A stretch of 64,000 nucleotides of DNA from Rhynchobatus australiae (lineage: Eukaryota): the NCBI GenBank assembly GCA_034780895.1, contig JAUZTB010000107.1:24714618-24778617 (forward strand), given 5' to 3'. Shown piece by piece: positions 49,630 to 63,744 of the stretch. The translations under genes were made by a program, and so were the position numbers. A model generated the notes under the pieces. That model did not search any database. It worked only from the letters and a program-made list of their open reading frames with translations, and had not been told where the DNA came from. Every line of letters starts with the position of its first letter. The stretch's first letter is position 1.

Positions 49630-50310
49630 AAAGCTCAGGCGGAAACAAAAGGCAGCTGGAAGCGCCGTGCCGACGGCTCTCTCACCCCGGACCGCAGGGC
49701 AATGGGGCACCACCACCCCACCCCCCAGCCTCTGCCGCACCTGCACTGGACGAACGCGTCGGCGGGATTTCAACCCGTCACACCGCGCTCACTGAAGTGT
49801 CCACATGGAATCGGACAGCGTGCGAGCCGGCCGTTCGGCCCAACTCGTCCATGCCGGCCAGGAGTCAATGGGAAACCAGATCCGAGGCAAGTCTGCTGAC
49901 CGGTGCCGGTCGCCTCCAGCGATCAATGCGATGCCTTTAGTGACCCTCCCACAACCCCGACTGCACAGGGGTGCAGCCTGAATTGTGGACCCTGCAAACA
50001 GGCCGACTCACCGATCTGCCGCTGAGCCCGCGGGCGTGGTCCTGAGGGCGAGCGGACGCCCTCGCAGTGGCTGGGACCGCGGCTGTGGCCGTGCCTCTGC
50101 GGTGGGGCAGCCGCCGAGGGCTGGGCCGTCGCCGCACCGTCTTGCAGGGGCGGCGGGGCTTCCGACCCAACGGCGGGCGCAGAGTCAGCGAGGCGAAACC
50201 AGCTGAGCGCCGCAGTGCACTGGAATGTGAGTAAGTGGAGAAGTCCCACTGGGAGCTTCCTGCCTTCCAGTGTGTCTCGCAGCTCTCCCTCCCAGCCGAC
50301 CCCACTGCTG
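49630..50310. promoter_or_regulatory. CpG island / probable promoter, with a candidate minus-strand first exon ending at 50012
   Basis: Sharp GC and CpG enrichment against an AT-rich, CpG-depleted background; minus donor cg|gtgagt at 50012/50011; GC-box-like and cggaag motifs; plus donors at 50227 and 50231. Confidence 0.75.
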
Positions 50311-51204
50311 TTGCTGTGCCCTTATCAGCGTGGCAACAGGTAGGGTGAGAGCCAAATGTAATGGTGCTCTGAAAGCAGAGAGGGTTTGGGTCGGGAAACC
50401 CACACTCCGTGTGTGACGGGGTCTTAAACATTGAGGGAAAAACACGGTTGTTGATAACTGGAACTCAGCCGGTACCTGGATAACAGTTCTTGCCAGTTCG
50501 GGTTCTAGTTTGTTGTGTAACATCACCAGTCATTCCCGTAAACAGCTAACCACATTCCCCAGGGGGAGTATATCCAGGGTGCAGACTGAGTGGGTGAACT
50601 GAACCCCCTTTCAGAATGGGCAGTGACACAGGGGTGTTTCTGGGAGAAGGAAAGCCAGACACCTGCCCTGCCTTTCCTCTCGTTGGAGCGGGCAGCTTGT
50701 TGCAGGGCTGGCTCCAGGAATGTTCATTGGTGGCCCAGGGACGTGAACTGGTTTCCTCGATGAGGGAATCACTCCTGACCCCGGTAAATTTGCAGCAGAG
50801 GCCCCATCTCATCAGTAACTGGAATCCACCTCCTTCAGACCACAGGGTCTCCCGGCAGTATCCACTGATTGTACATGCAGACTACTCGACTCCAGTTGTC
50901 AGCCTATCACAGAAAGTTAGGGGCAGTGTGTCTTGCAGCTCCTGAGTTCCAGCAGTTCTGCACAACCTAACCTCTCTCCCTGGGGGTACATCTTAACTCC
51001 GATGACAGGTCTGTTGCTGCCAGCAGGAATCTTGAGGCATTACAAAGCCCTGCTTCGATGCCTTCAGAAAAATGTGACTTGCAAACATTTTTGAGCTGTC
51101 TTGGGAACAACCTCTCTCGTAAGGTCCATCAGCTAAACTGATCAACAGCAAAATGCATGCACAGAGCGCACTCCAGCTACACAGTACCTAAAACTGAACT
51201 TAGA

Positions 51205-51555
51205 AGAGCGGCGGAATGACGCGGCGAGTTGAGCTCCTGCATCACTGCCCCGGTGACCCAGGTCCAGTCCCGACCTCGGGTGCTGTCCGTGTGGAGTTTT
51301 CACGTTCTCCCTGTGACCGCAAAGATTTCCTCCAGGTTCTCTGGTTTCTTCCACATCTCAAAGATGTGCAGGTTGGTAAGCTAATTGGCCACTGTAAATT
51401 ACCCCGAGTGCACTGAGGGGTAGAATCAGGGGGGAATTGAGGGGAAGGTTGGGAGAATAAAATGGGTTAGGGTAGGATTAGTGTGAAAATGGATGGTTGA
51501 CGGTTGCCATGAACTTGGTGGAGCAAAGGACCTTTTTCTGTGCTGTGGGACTAAA
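51205..51555 (+). mobile_element. V-SINE (HE1-like), full length
   Basis: tRNA head, V-domain gtggagttttcacgttctccctgtgacc and CR1-like tail. Confidence 0.8.
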
Positions 51556-51619
51556 TAAAAAGAAAGAATTCTTTCTCTGCAAATGAAGACTTTATGATAA
51601 AGTTAAAAGATCTAAGATA

Positions 51620-51900
51620 AGGAAGATGTCTTTATTAGTCACTTGTACATTGAAACACACAGTGAAATTCATCTTTTGTGTAGAGTGTTCTGGGGGCAGC
51701 CCACAAGTGTCGCCACGCTTCCGACGCCAACATAGGATGCCCACAACTTCCTAACCCGTACATCTTTGGAATGTGGGAGGAAACCAAAGCACCAGAAAGA
51801 AACCCATGCAGACATGGGGAGAGCGTACAAACTCCTTGCAGACAGCAGCCGGAGTTGAACCCAGGTTGCTGGTGCAGTAATAGCATTAGGCTCTACCACC
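51620..51900 (-). mobile_element. Young V-SINE variant with a distinct 3' tail
   Basis: tttggaatgtgggaggaaacc V-domain; tail ttctgggggcagccc.caagtgtc shared with 53588-53760. Confidence 0.8.
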
Positions 51901-53039
51901 TGAAACAGGCAGGTACTCCGCTGCTCAAGGAGAGGGCCATGAAAAATGGCAACAGGCTTGTCTCGAATGAACCTGTGGTGAAGTAGCTGTGTCACATTAA
52001 AGTCGTCTTCAGCTAGTTTATATCAGAGGCATTGGCACTTCCTAAGAATTTGGCTTTTGGTTGGCTTTTACTGCAAAGGAGGTAGAATGCAAAGAGTAAG
52101 AAGGTGCTAAATGTGGTTCAAAGCTCATCCTGGGGTGAAATAGGTGAGATGGCACAGAGCTCACCAAAGCAGCATTTATGGAATGAGAAACAATGCTTTG
52201 GGTTGATGGCCTCTTATCAGATGAATCAATCTTTCATCAATTGTATATTATCCAATTCAGTTTTACATGTTTACCAAGGAGAAAGATGGAACTGGTGATA
52301 GGACTGAAGACAATGGCTTGGATCCTCGGCTTATTATTAAAAACCTATTAATCTCAATTTTCAAATAGCTTTTTTTGGAACAGTTTCAGATTTCCACTGC
52401 TCCTTATATGAACATGTGTTTCCTGAGATTATTCTTAAAAGCCATGGCACTATAATGTTAAGATGATGTCCCGGTTGCAAATTCCCCACGCAAAGTCTGC
52501 AAAGTCAGGAGCAGGAACAGCAGGTGACCATAGCGATAGTCACCTGCTGTGTTTGAGATTAATAGGTTTTTGTGAACTGAGGATATTATCTGGTATGCAT
52601 CGAGGAGGGTAGACGGAGTTAAGGTACAGGTCAGCATGATCTAATTGAATAAGCATGAGAACCTACTCCTGTTCTTCTGACACAACTGTCATGCTATGTA
52701 CAAATGAAAAATACTGCAGGTAGCAAAATCTGAAATATGAACAGAAAATGTTGGAAATACTCAATGAATAAGACAGCATGTGTGGAGAGAGAGAAACCTG
52801 TCAGCAGACATCATGTTGTGTTGATCACAGCAATTTTCCTTGCATAGTATATGAGAAACCTCTGGTGATTTGATATTGGCTGTAACTGGATGAAAAGTGT
52901 GAATGAAATGAATCACATACATTTACACTTATGTGATAATTTCTGCTTCAGCAATAAATTAAGTGAGTTAACATCCATAACACTCCATGATGATGCTTAT
53001 GCTTTTTGAGTTTCGAACACTTGTTTCAGAATTAAATGA

Positions 53040-53470
53040 AAAAAGGACTAATAAAGAAGTCTTCATATCACAAGACATTCCAAAGTGCTTTATACACTGA
53101 AGTACTTTTGAAGTGCACTTGCCACTACAAAGTAAGAAACTCATCAGCCCCTTAACTCCTGAGAACAGAAGTGATAATGACCAGACTGTCTGTCTTTTGG
53201 TGATGTTGATTTAGTGATAAATATTGGTTTAGACATCAGGGATAATGTCCCTGAATTGCTTTGAAGTTGTGTCATGGGATCTTTTACATTGACCTGAGAG
53301 AGCAGATAGCTTTTGCTTCTCATTCAAATGTTTGCACAAGGGTCCACACAGGCTTCAGATGGTACTTGTACAGGAGTGCCCATCCAGATTCTTGAGCGTG
53401 TCTCTGGAGTGGGACATGAACTCAACCTTCTGATTCAAAGGCGAGAGTGTTGGTAACTGACCCATACCTG
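53040..53470 (-). mobile_element. Deu-domain SINE (SacSINE1-like)
   Basis: catgggatcttttacattgacctgagagagcaga (Deu domain) and ctggagtgggacatgaactcaaccttctgattcaaaggcgagagtg (tRNA head), both read as reverse complement. Confidence 0.75.
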
Positions 53471-53587
53471 GCACATAAGACTCAAATGAATTAAACATTT
53501 TGAAAGCTAACAAATTTATTATAATTCCACTACAACCCTACAGTACTTCTGCTGTCTACAATAAGCAGGCCCAATGAGCTTGAATTT

Positions 53588-53760
53588 AAGATAGATATCT
53601 TTATTAGTTACATGTACATCAAAACACACAGTAAAATACATCTTTTGCATAGACTATTCTGGGGGCAGCCCGCAAGTGTCACCACGCTTCTGGTGCCAAC
53701 ATAGCATGCCCACAACTTCCTAACCCGTAAGTACTTGGAATGTGGGAGGAAACTGGAGGA
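53588..53760 (-). mobile_element. 5'-truncated copy of the 51620 SINE
   Basis: Near-identical to 51623-51790. Confidence 0.8.
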
Positions 53761-54229
53761 CCTTTGCATTAATAAACAGACTAAGATATAGAAGAAATGA
53801 AAGCACAACTAATACAAAGCAGTATCTTAGAGTATCCCAAGATGTTAACAAAATGAAATTCAAGGTGCAGTTTAGTAAGAATCATCTTAATAAGATAATT
53901 TTAACCAGTGAATGTATTTATAAAACACAGGGTATAGATTTTGTGGTTATAATGTTAGTGAAACTGTTGGTGTTCACTGTTATTATGCCATAAAAATTAC
54001 ACCAATTTTGGCATTTGTGAATATGTGCATCTTAGTACAGAAATGCCAAGTGCGCTGTCAATGCTTCATCTCTCCTTCACCAAGCTGCACTATAGCGCTC
54101 ACCAAATAAATCGAACAAAATCACTTGAACCGTCAAAAGCCTAACTCACTGTTGAATGAGATCCAAATTTTTAGCAGCACACTAAATCATAATTACTGCT
54201 TAGGAAACTCTACAGATCCAGAAAAACTA

Positions 54230-55030
54230 ACCTGTAATTCCTTCACATAAGCATTTCAAACTCGTCATCAACTTGTTCATTGAAGCAAACAGAAAGATGG
54301 GCCTTATATTGAATGCCCACGAAAGTCCCCTGTCAACTGCCTCAGTGTATAACACTGCACTCCAGAAATACAGTTCCATGGTGAGAGGTGGACCCTGGAT
54401 AACATGGACCACTTCCCAACAAAGGCCATCTCTGATGATGAAATTTGCCATTGCCGTCTGTGTCCCAGCACAACCTTTGGCCAGCTGAAGAAGAGTGTTG
54501 GAAGAACAAGACCTCAACCCCAGCACAAGTCTCACAGTCTAGTTTGCTGCAGTGATCCCTGTGCTCTTATATTTTTGGAAACCCACAGCAGATACTTCAG
54601 GGCACTGGAAATACACCCCTTCTAATTTCTCCACCAAATCCTCCAAATCCACTGGAAAAGTAATCAAACCAATGTCAGTGTTTCCTCTCTGATGCCAACT
54701 TCTCCGGCATCGAGGCTCTAGTGACATTTACTTGGCAATGTTGGGCTGGCATCCCCAAGACCAGATTCCTGAATCAGACCCACTATTCCAAGCTCTGTCA
54801 GGGAAGTGATTACCAGGTGGACAAAGGAAAAATTCAAGGATGTAATGAACATCTCCCTGATAAAATTGAATCCCTGACCAGTCAAAGTAGGGAAGGAACA
54901 TTGGGGATGGTACTGAGAGCTTCGAGTCTGTATGCTGGGAGCAAACTACCAACTTGTGTGTGCCACCAGGCACCTCCTACCACACATAGGGTAGAGTAGG
55001 CAGGTCCCACATTCACCTCATCACCGATTG
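54230..55030 (+). mobile_element. RTE-clade LINE, 3' part of RT, degenerate
   Basis: FIEANRKMGLILN, DNMDHFP, DDEICH..STTFGQLKKSV, AAVIPVLLY and QILQIHW are RTE motifs. Confidence 0.75.
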
Positions 55031-57849
55031 TAGAACCCAAAGAACCCAAGTGGATTCAAATTATCCTCAATCCCAAAGGTCTGCCTATGAAGAAGCAGGA
55101 TTTTAAAAGATATTGAATTTTTAAATTATATATTTTATTGTTAAAATGATTGCTTCCACCTGATCTCATATGTCGGTTCCAGCCTTTATTTAATGCTCTT
55201 TAATGTGCCTGAAAATTAATTATAAATATTACTTCTTCCTGATACATTGTTGAATCTGATAGACTGTTGAATCCGATGGACTGATAGTGTCCAGGGATCC
55301 CCTTGAACTGCTTGTAGCAGACAGGAGCAAATTTGAGCCAGAGATCAATAGATCTTCATGGGCAACTTTCTCTGAGATTACTGACAAGTACGATTACTTT
55401 GCTACAACACTGGGGCCAAAGTACCTGCTATTATTAATCTTTTAACAGTCAGCTGTTTTGTTTGCAGTACTGACCTTCAATGGTATAAGATAACTTAAGT
55501 CACTTCTTTCCACAAGGACATGTAACTTAAGAGTTTGAGAGAGAGCTATTGTATATGACTAATTGTGCTGTATGAAATCTGCCTGTAACTTTGTGATTAA
55601 ATGTAATCAGTACTTGTATCCTGTATGAAATGATTTGTTTAACATTTTCCATTCTCTGGATTGACATCACCATGGATCACTTACAGTACAGTATTAGTGG
55701 TGAATAGGGTAACTGTTTCTGAGCTTAACAGCCCAGCGCAGCACAGAAATATCTGCAGGGAAAATGAACTACTTCCAGAGGTGTCCTTAAGTTGTGTGCT
55801 GTGCGTGAGAATATGCTGCGAGTGGAGCCCATACTTGAAGAAGGTTATTCTCATGTTTAAGTCTGGCCACGATGATATGCTTGATGAACCTGGAAATATT
55901 ATAAATCCAGGCAGTAAACACAAGTGTAGAACCCTTGGATAATCAGGATGTGATATCAGCCTTCTCGGAACAAAGTAGGGAGCTTGATTATCCTGCCGAA
56001 ATAAATGCAGGAACCCTGGATTAGTTCAGATAACCGAAGGTTATTATGATTCTGATTATGTTTGGTGTTATGAAAGCAAACAGTGATTGATGGGATTCAT
56101 GATGCCAGAGGAGATAAAACTGAAATGAATTCAACATTAAGCAGCTCTGAGNNNNNCAGGAGGTGACTAGGGAATTCTTCACATGGATGCTTGGCCATGT
56201 TCTAGAGTCCAATATCCTTTATAATTATGCAGCATAACTATTGCAATAACTTACAGCAGGGTTCCATTCCAGTCAAATCTACCTTATTTTTAATTGCTGA
56301 GTGCATGGCTGGAAAACAACACAACCCAAAAACTGCCAAACTTTGTATTAGGTTAACCTCTCCAACACAAGAACAAAATGGCAGAGGTAATTCTGTCTTT
56401 AAGTTGCAATGACCACACGTTCTTTGTATGATGTGGGAATAAACCACCTAATGGGTGGTTAATGGCCATTTAACTTCTGTAAATAAGCGTGGCCATGAGT
56501 TGCCAAAAGAATTATCAGAGTTTTACTCAGCATGTGACGTGTGTGAGTTTCGGAGCCAGCAGAAGTCAGCTGCTTCACTGGACCACCCGTGAGGAAACCC
56601 AAAAAAAAAATCACCTGATCACTCAGGAGCACCTATTGTAAATCCGTGTATGCATTCGTTCAATAAAATGCTGATCTGCTTCCTAACACATACAGGCAAA
56701 GTGGGCTCGTGTCTCCGTATCCAATATTCAGTCAGAATGTTCCCAAATACCACTGGCAGCTCAAAATTTTGAAGTGTTGACTTTTACACCAGAACCTCTC
56801 ACATACAACAACTGAATGANNNNNNNNNNGTTGCTGAGTGATGTCATCTTCTTTGGACTATCAGTCCCATGACACTAATCACTTTCAGCTGCCCCACAGC
56901 TCACACCCATTGACTGAAACCTCCTCGACAGCAGATGTTGCAGCTGGACCCAGAAATGCGGACGTCATTTCAAGAAGGAAACATAGCCAAAAGGACAGGA
57001 AATAGGTCAATTTTTGTTTGCTACATTTATAGTTATATACCACTAATTTAAAGGAAGATGCAAATATAGTGTACCTGATTGATGGTGAGTGATCTATTCA
57101 AAAGAGCTTCGAGAGTCAATTCAATTTAATCAATTTACGTTTTTATTTTCTTAAATAGTGTCATTTAAATGGTGGAGGGAATTGAAAACCTCATGCTGAT
57201 GTTGTGAGTTTGCCGCTTTGAATTCAAGGATAATTCATATTGCTTGGGCAGTGTAAAATTAGCTTCATTACACATCCGACTGAGTTAGACGAAACCTAGA
57301 AGTACTTCATCTTCACGCTGCACACATGAAATGGAAGGAATTAGGTTATTCAACACCCGTACATATAGAATGATTGAGTATAATACCTCACTTGCAATCA
57401 TATTTTATTATTCTACAGCCTTTGAAGATATCCTAGCATTTGTAACACAATCTAAATTTTCATTTGAACCTAAAATGTAGTTCTATGATATTAAAGGTAT
57501 GTTGATACCCTAATCATATGCAAGTTTTGAGATATATCGACCAATTTTCAGTTATCGCACTATAATAAGCAGAAGCAATAGGAATGTTGATATACAGAGA
57601 AGCATCCTTAGGAATAAAGATGAATTCTAATTAAATTCCTTTTTTTAAAAAAAGAGGTAAGCCAAAATTGCACTAAAGTAATTATATCTCGGTCAAGTTG
57701 GTGAATAAGTTATTGAGTAAATAGGTACAATGATAAGCAAATTGACAATTTCGGGTAAATTAATGCTGATTCTCTTTCAGCCAGAAGTGTTGACACACGA
57801 CATGGGTTTCTCGGTGAATTCCGCAAATAAGCATTTGGCTTGAATTTGG

Positions 57850-60800
57850 GATGCTTTCTTGCAATCACTGCCAATGACATCTGTCGGTGTATTTTTATGA
57901 TGCAAACAGTTCTCAACATCTTTCTCTAACACATCCGAGTATTCCAGAATTGTCCCCCCTTTCCCAGGGTATCAATTTCTACCTTAGTTGTTTTGTCTGA
58001 TTTCGCTTGTACCAAGCGATGAATTTGATGTAACCAACATCAGTTCGTGCGAGGTGGTTAATTCATTTCCACAGCGGATAGGATGGGGCGCCTGAACAAG
58101 TTTCTCAACGTCTTCGTCAGGTTATAGTTTTGTAGGCTGGACTGAAAAGACGTAAGGGTACAGTTGATGCATTATATATCACTCTTCTCAATTTCTTTTA
58201 ATGGCATCGCTCAGTGTAAAAAAAAATCAATGAATGAAATTAAACGGCTTATTTATGACATATGGAGAGGAAACGCATGGGGATATATTCTCAATCATTT
58301 GCCATATTATTAAATGGACATTATGTCTTCTGGTGCCTTTTCCAAAGAACATGAAATTTTAAATGAGCAAAGAAGATTTATTTTTCGATAAATAAAATAT
58401 CCTCACCAGAGATCAAACCTAACCTTTGCAGATCAGCTAACTTCGCTGGCGTCAGAAAGGAAACTTGTCTTAAGTAAAACCAGACATGTCAATGACATAA
58501 TGTTTCTACAACAGTCATGCGTGATAGTTGGATGCATGACCCATGTCCTTATAATAATAAAGTTTTGCTTTAGGACTTGCTGTGGCCGCTCAACAGACGG
58601 TCTCAAAAGCAACGGCAAATGTTGCGGGCACATAATTGTTGTATTCTGTAAACGAGACGTGTGACCACGTAGAATGGTCTTAAAACTATTACTAATTCAT
58701 TATGTACATAATGGCTCACTGATGAGGGTCCCAACCACGACCTCATTTTAACCAAATGTATTAAAATGTACAAAATAAGTGCATACATTCTCAAAAGGGA
58801 GCAACAAATCAAACACGATTTTCAGTTTTAAAAATGTTGAAGAAAATATGTTTATAAGGGCTGCTTACACCTCTACGGCGCAGAGTTGTTTTTAATGCGT
58901 CTAAACATGTGTTAAAAGTTGAGCAAATTTGAGGAAGTGACGAAAATGCTTCTATATCTGTAAAACAAAAGGTCATGCGACGCTAGTTTTAACCCAAGAA
59001 CCGGCTCCTTTAAATATTATTGGCGACTAATATAATTAAATATTAAATACAGTTCTCGCCCGGCGGGGTTTAATTTAACTTCTTATTATTAACTGTAACC
59101 ATGCGAACAGACTCGCGTGTAATGCTCCAATATGTCAGAACGATTACTAATTTATTTAGAGGAATAATTAAGAGCGACGTTCGTGAATACGGGGAGAGGA
59201 GAANNNNNNNNNNCACGGTTACTAAAAACTAAATCTACTTAAATCCTCAAACTGTGCTGACTTCATGCTTTTTTAAAAATTCCTCCTGCTGTATGTGAGG
59301 TGCCCCTTCCTCATGATCCCGTGGTGCAAGCTTTTCCCGGAGCTGCCAGATCCCACAGAGCACATGCTGGGACAGGGGCCTCGGCTCCGGGGCTCTCACG
59401 TTGCAGGCAAGAATTATATGATCCACCAGCTCACCTCCACCGCTTGCAGCACTCTACGCATTGTTTTACAGTCCAATAACATCAGCACTGAATTGCCTCA
59501 TCCGCTTTATGTTTCGTTGGCCATATGGTCAACTTCACATTAATCATTGAATGCGTCTCGCCATGTTGTGCAGCTTTTAAACAGAACATGAAATCGAGAT
59601 CTGAGGAAAGATGCAGTTGGCCAGTCTGCAAGCCGTGTCAGTTTCTGCATGGTAAACAAACAGCCCTGCCCCTGTTCCTGGTGGAAGCATCACTTGCTCC
59701 AAGCAACTGAGCGAAAGGAATGTTGCTGGGAGTTTGGGTGCAGGGGTCACTCTGGGAGGTGCCTTGGGCCACCATAAGAGCCTGAGACCCCCTCCCCAAA
59801 GACCAAGTTATGTCCCGAGCTGCCCGATTCCCCGGAACTTTGCAGAGCAAAGGCCAATCTTTCATCTTCTAAAGTTTTGAAACGTTTTTTATTTGGAAAT
59901 ATACTGAAATTGCGCTCACCGCAACATCTCCCCCCCCGCCCCCAAACACCACCGCCCACCCCACCTCCCCGCTCCAGCCTGGATCGAAAATCGTGTCAAA
60001 CTCTGAATGCGGGTGTCTGTATTACAACAATGTAGTTTGTAAACGAATACAGTTGTTCCACTGAACTGAGCGGACAATGGTTCCNNNNNNNNNNNNNNNN
60101 NNNNNNNNNNNNNNNNNCTGGGAGTGGCTGCTTGGTGGTGGGGCTGAGGGCGGGGTGGAGGCTTGTTTTGCCCGGTAATCTAACCCAAACTCTCCTCCAG
60201 AATTCAGGAACGACAACTCTCATCCTGAATAACCCCGTCTCCGCACAATCAACTTTAGCCGGAAATGGGATTATCCACTGATACATTACATTTCATTGTT
60301 TAAGCATAATTCATTAAAGCGAAAATGTTATCTTTTAATTATATATAGAAACCAATATTCAACCAAATGAATTTAGAATAGAGAGGTATTTAGGATTTGG
60401 GGAGGTGTTTTGCTATCTTGAAATGTCGATTGCGATCATTAGAAACATGTCTGTTTCTATCGGGATACAAGACAATGGAAGGAAAGGGTTAATTTTTTTT
60501 GGTCCTGTTAAATGAATGAACATAGTGATGGCATTACGTAATGTTTTAAAGGACGAGCTGGCGGTGTGGGGGATCAGAGCTTAAATCCGCTCCAGTTCCT
60601 TGTTGATTTACGCCATCCTGTTTAAAAACAGCGAAGGACTTTCTTTCAAGGAATTTCAAAGGACTTCGGCGCTGAAATCCCAGTTTGGCGGTGGACCTGT
60701 ACACAGTAAAAAAGGAAGCAGATAGTTTGTCAATTTCAGTTGTTCCCAGCTCTGGGTAAGTTTTACTCAGAATTATTTCTCTGAGATTTTCGCAAATAAT

Positions 60801-63500
60801 CTGTAGCCCCGACGCCTGAGAATTCGGGGGTTTCTGCTTCAGTTCAGACGGTGACACAGTGATTTACAATAACAAGTAATGGGAAACGTTCTCGTTTTAT
60901 AGAAGGAAAATAATTTAATGAGAAAACTGGAGGGAGCATTAAAATAACTTACCAAGAACGTCAAAAGTGAAACAAACTTTTATTGTTATCCAGTTAAGTT
61001 TTTTATTATTTTTGCAAGTGTAAAATCGCTTTGCCACGACATGTAAACATTTGGCATAATGAGGATATATATTGTCTCAAAGGAGATTTGTAAAGTAGAA
61101 ACAATTGGTCCAGCGTCTCTTTTATTCTAATAACTGGGCACGTGCTTTGTGATTGCTACATGAAAGTATTTCCACGAGGAAAAAGCCATCCATACTGTAT
61201 CCGACAGCGCAATGTTTGGACTGAGGTCGGCGCGACTACCTGAGCCTTGGTTCAATCAAGAGAAGCCCAAACTAAAACCAATACAATCAAACCAATCTCT
61301 GATGTATGTGGGCATTCTAGTAAGTTGTTGTTTGTCGGGGTAAGTTAGTATAACGTTTTCAAGAAAAGGAAATCTACAGAGAACATGGTAACCTGGCTGA
61401 AAAATGAGGTTCAAGAATATGTCTATTGGAATGTACTGGGCTGCTACTGCTATGATTTAAAGTAACATGACATAGGAAATACAGGGAAAGTTCAGTACTA
61501 TGTGATTTATTGATACAGTGGCTGTTGAAGCTCGCATTAAAAGGTGTCGGTGGTATCATGCAGTGCACGTGGTTGTGGGGGTGGGATATCACGTGGACAA
61601 GCAGTGACCTGGGTTATAATGTGTGACTGAGGACTTGAAATACAATGAAACTCTCACAGTTGGCTGAAGATCCCCTTCCTATTGCAAGGAGTTGGTAGCC
61701 CCGAGTAAGATGAAACGGCACATTTCAACCCAGTTCCTAACTCAGGGGATTCGGGAAAATCACACACCATAATTCCAGCTCATCAGACGGGGATCTTCTA
61801 GGTGTAAAAGGCGAAGAGGAGATGATCTAGCACACGGACTTCATGCAGTTTGAAGTTCCGGGTTTCCTGCCCCCCTGACGAGGGATATTGGTAGCCCCAG
61901 TCTGAATAAACATGCTGATGGGATGAAGTTATCATTTGGGCTTCAGTGGCTGTCCTCGCCATCGCTCGCAGTGGCCAGTCACCGGAGACCGCGCAATGTA
62001 TTCGGCGGATTGGAGTTTAAGAACTCCTTTGAGGGCAATAAACCCTTTCCTCGATGGCCCAGAGCAACACTCTCTCAAACCCACACTGCGAGGAAACAGA
62101 TATGGCTGAATGCTCTTCATTGCCAGGAATCACGCGGGACATTTAAACATCAAACCTAGTCAACGCTTAAACTGAGGCACAATATCCTCCTAAACGAGCA
62201 AGCCAGGGAAATCGCGCAGGTGTGAATTGCGTGTGTGTGTGTGGATAGGATCAGCGCCGCCAGCAAGCTGGTGTTTGGATGCAGCAGAATAGAGTTTTAT
62301 TTTACATTTAATCTCGCCGTCCTTCTCCAGGAAGTGTCCGATGCAACATTAGTGTTCCACTTCAACACAAGATGATGGAAATCTGAAGCAAGGGAAAGTG
62401 CTGGTGGTTGTCGGCAGCGCAGGCAGCTGCTGTGTACAGTGTTGAACATGTCAGGTCAGCGACTGTTCGACACAACTGAGTTTGAATGTAAAGTTCGAAT
62501 AAAATGAACGGAATCATTCTAGAGAGTCCACGGTATTTTTAAAACCTGAAATATCTTTGCGCCTTTGCCTTTATTTAATAGTAAGGGTTTATTCCTGAAT
62601 TCTAGTGTCTGATTTGTTGACAACGGTCTAGGTGAGGTACGCTGCTCTGTGCCTCTGGGATGCGCCCTCTGGCGATAGGCTGCGGTGACCGGCTGCAACG
62701 CAGACCCGGGTTATAAACATTTCTCCAGGCGTCTGTTTCTCCAGGCGCTTTCATTGAAATTTGAACACTCATAAGGCCCTTTATTTGTAAGCATACAGAA
62801 GCCTTACACAATCATTCTTGTAGTAAAATATGACAAAGTACACTGCTCCTTGTCAATGCAGTATTTAAATATTTTGACTACTGGCGTAATTTACTGTGCT
62901 TCTAGTCTATAATATCTAACTAGATTTAAACAGAAATTTATCAATCCAACCATTTCGTAAACGGCCTGTTTCATGAATGCATTAAATAGCAGCTGTTTCA
63001 ATCCTTGGAGTCAATGTAATAAATAATAACGCTTGATTTTACATTGGAATTCATTTTAGATTATTGGACTGAAAAACGATGTGGTAACCATTTATTTTCT
63101 GTCTCAATCTCTCTGTGTACCTTTTCTCATTGCGGTCCCATTCTCTACCGCCTTGCTCTCTGCCTCCGTTGTTCTCTATATAACTACTGTTGCCTCTCTC
63201 CTTCGCTCTGGGGTGCCCGTCGTCTCTTTCCCCCGCTGTCGAATATTGAAAGAGACAGCCTCTTTCTTTTTCTGGGTAGTTGCAGGTCAGTTTCCGCCAG
63301 CACGTTCTGTTATCCAACTTCTGCGACTAATATCTTCATTCAGTGTGGCAGCTACAACATTTAACATATTTCAGCGCCACAGGTCTGGTTGGAACTCGGA
63401 AAGAAAACGGGGTGTGATGAGGTTGGAGTCGGGGACGCTTCGTGTAAGATCAATCGTTTGAAGGTGTGCGTGTGATGTGCACTCCGTTAAAGCATTCATT
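57850..63500. promoter_or_regulatory. Extended CpG-retaining, repeat-poor non-coding domain
   Basis: CG dinucleotides are visibly more frequent than in 1-49 kb despite moderate GC; C/G tracts and a GC box at ~59925-60160. Confidence 0.45.
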
Positions 63501-63744
63501 TCAAAGGGCTTTATCCTGCAAAATGGAAGAAAATCGTGAAGTGGACAAATCAGGGCATAAAGTAGGAGTCTGGAGGAGGTGTAAATGGGAGCAGAACCAT
63601 GATGTGAAATTATCAAAGGAGGAAGTGTGAAAGTTGGAACTGGAAGCCTGACAAATATTGAGCGCCCAGCTTTCTAAAAGCCCAGAACAACAGGGGTGAA
63701 AATAAAAAGAAAATTAGGACACCACAGAAGATGCATGAAACAAT

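Noticed and set aside
49702-50945. Overlapping Pro/Arg/Ala-rich ORFs
   Set aside because: Expected by-product of GC-rich CpG-island sequence.
58095-58125. Minus-strand ctgacga...gaaa hammerhead-like words
   Set aside because: No pairing stem II or stem I.
60546-60857. 103-aa minus-strand ORF
   Set aside because: Non-ATG start, no known motif and no supporting exon chain.
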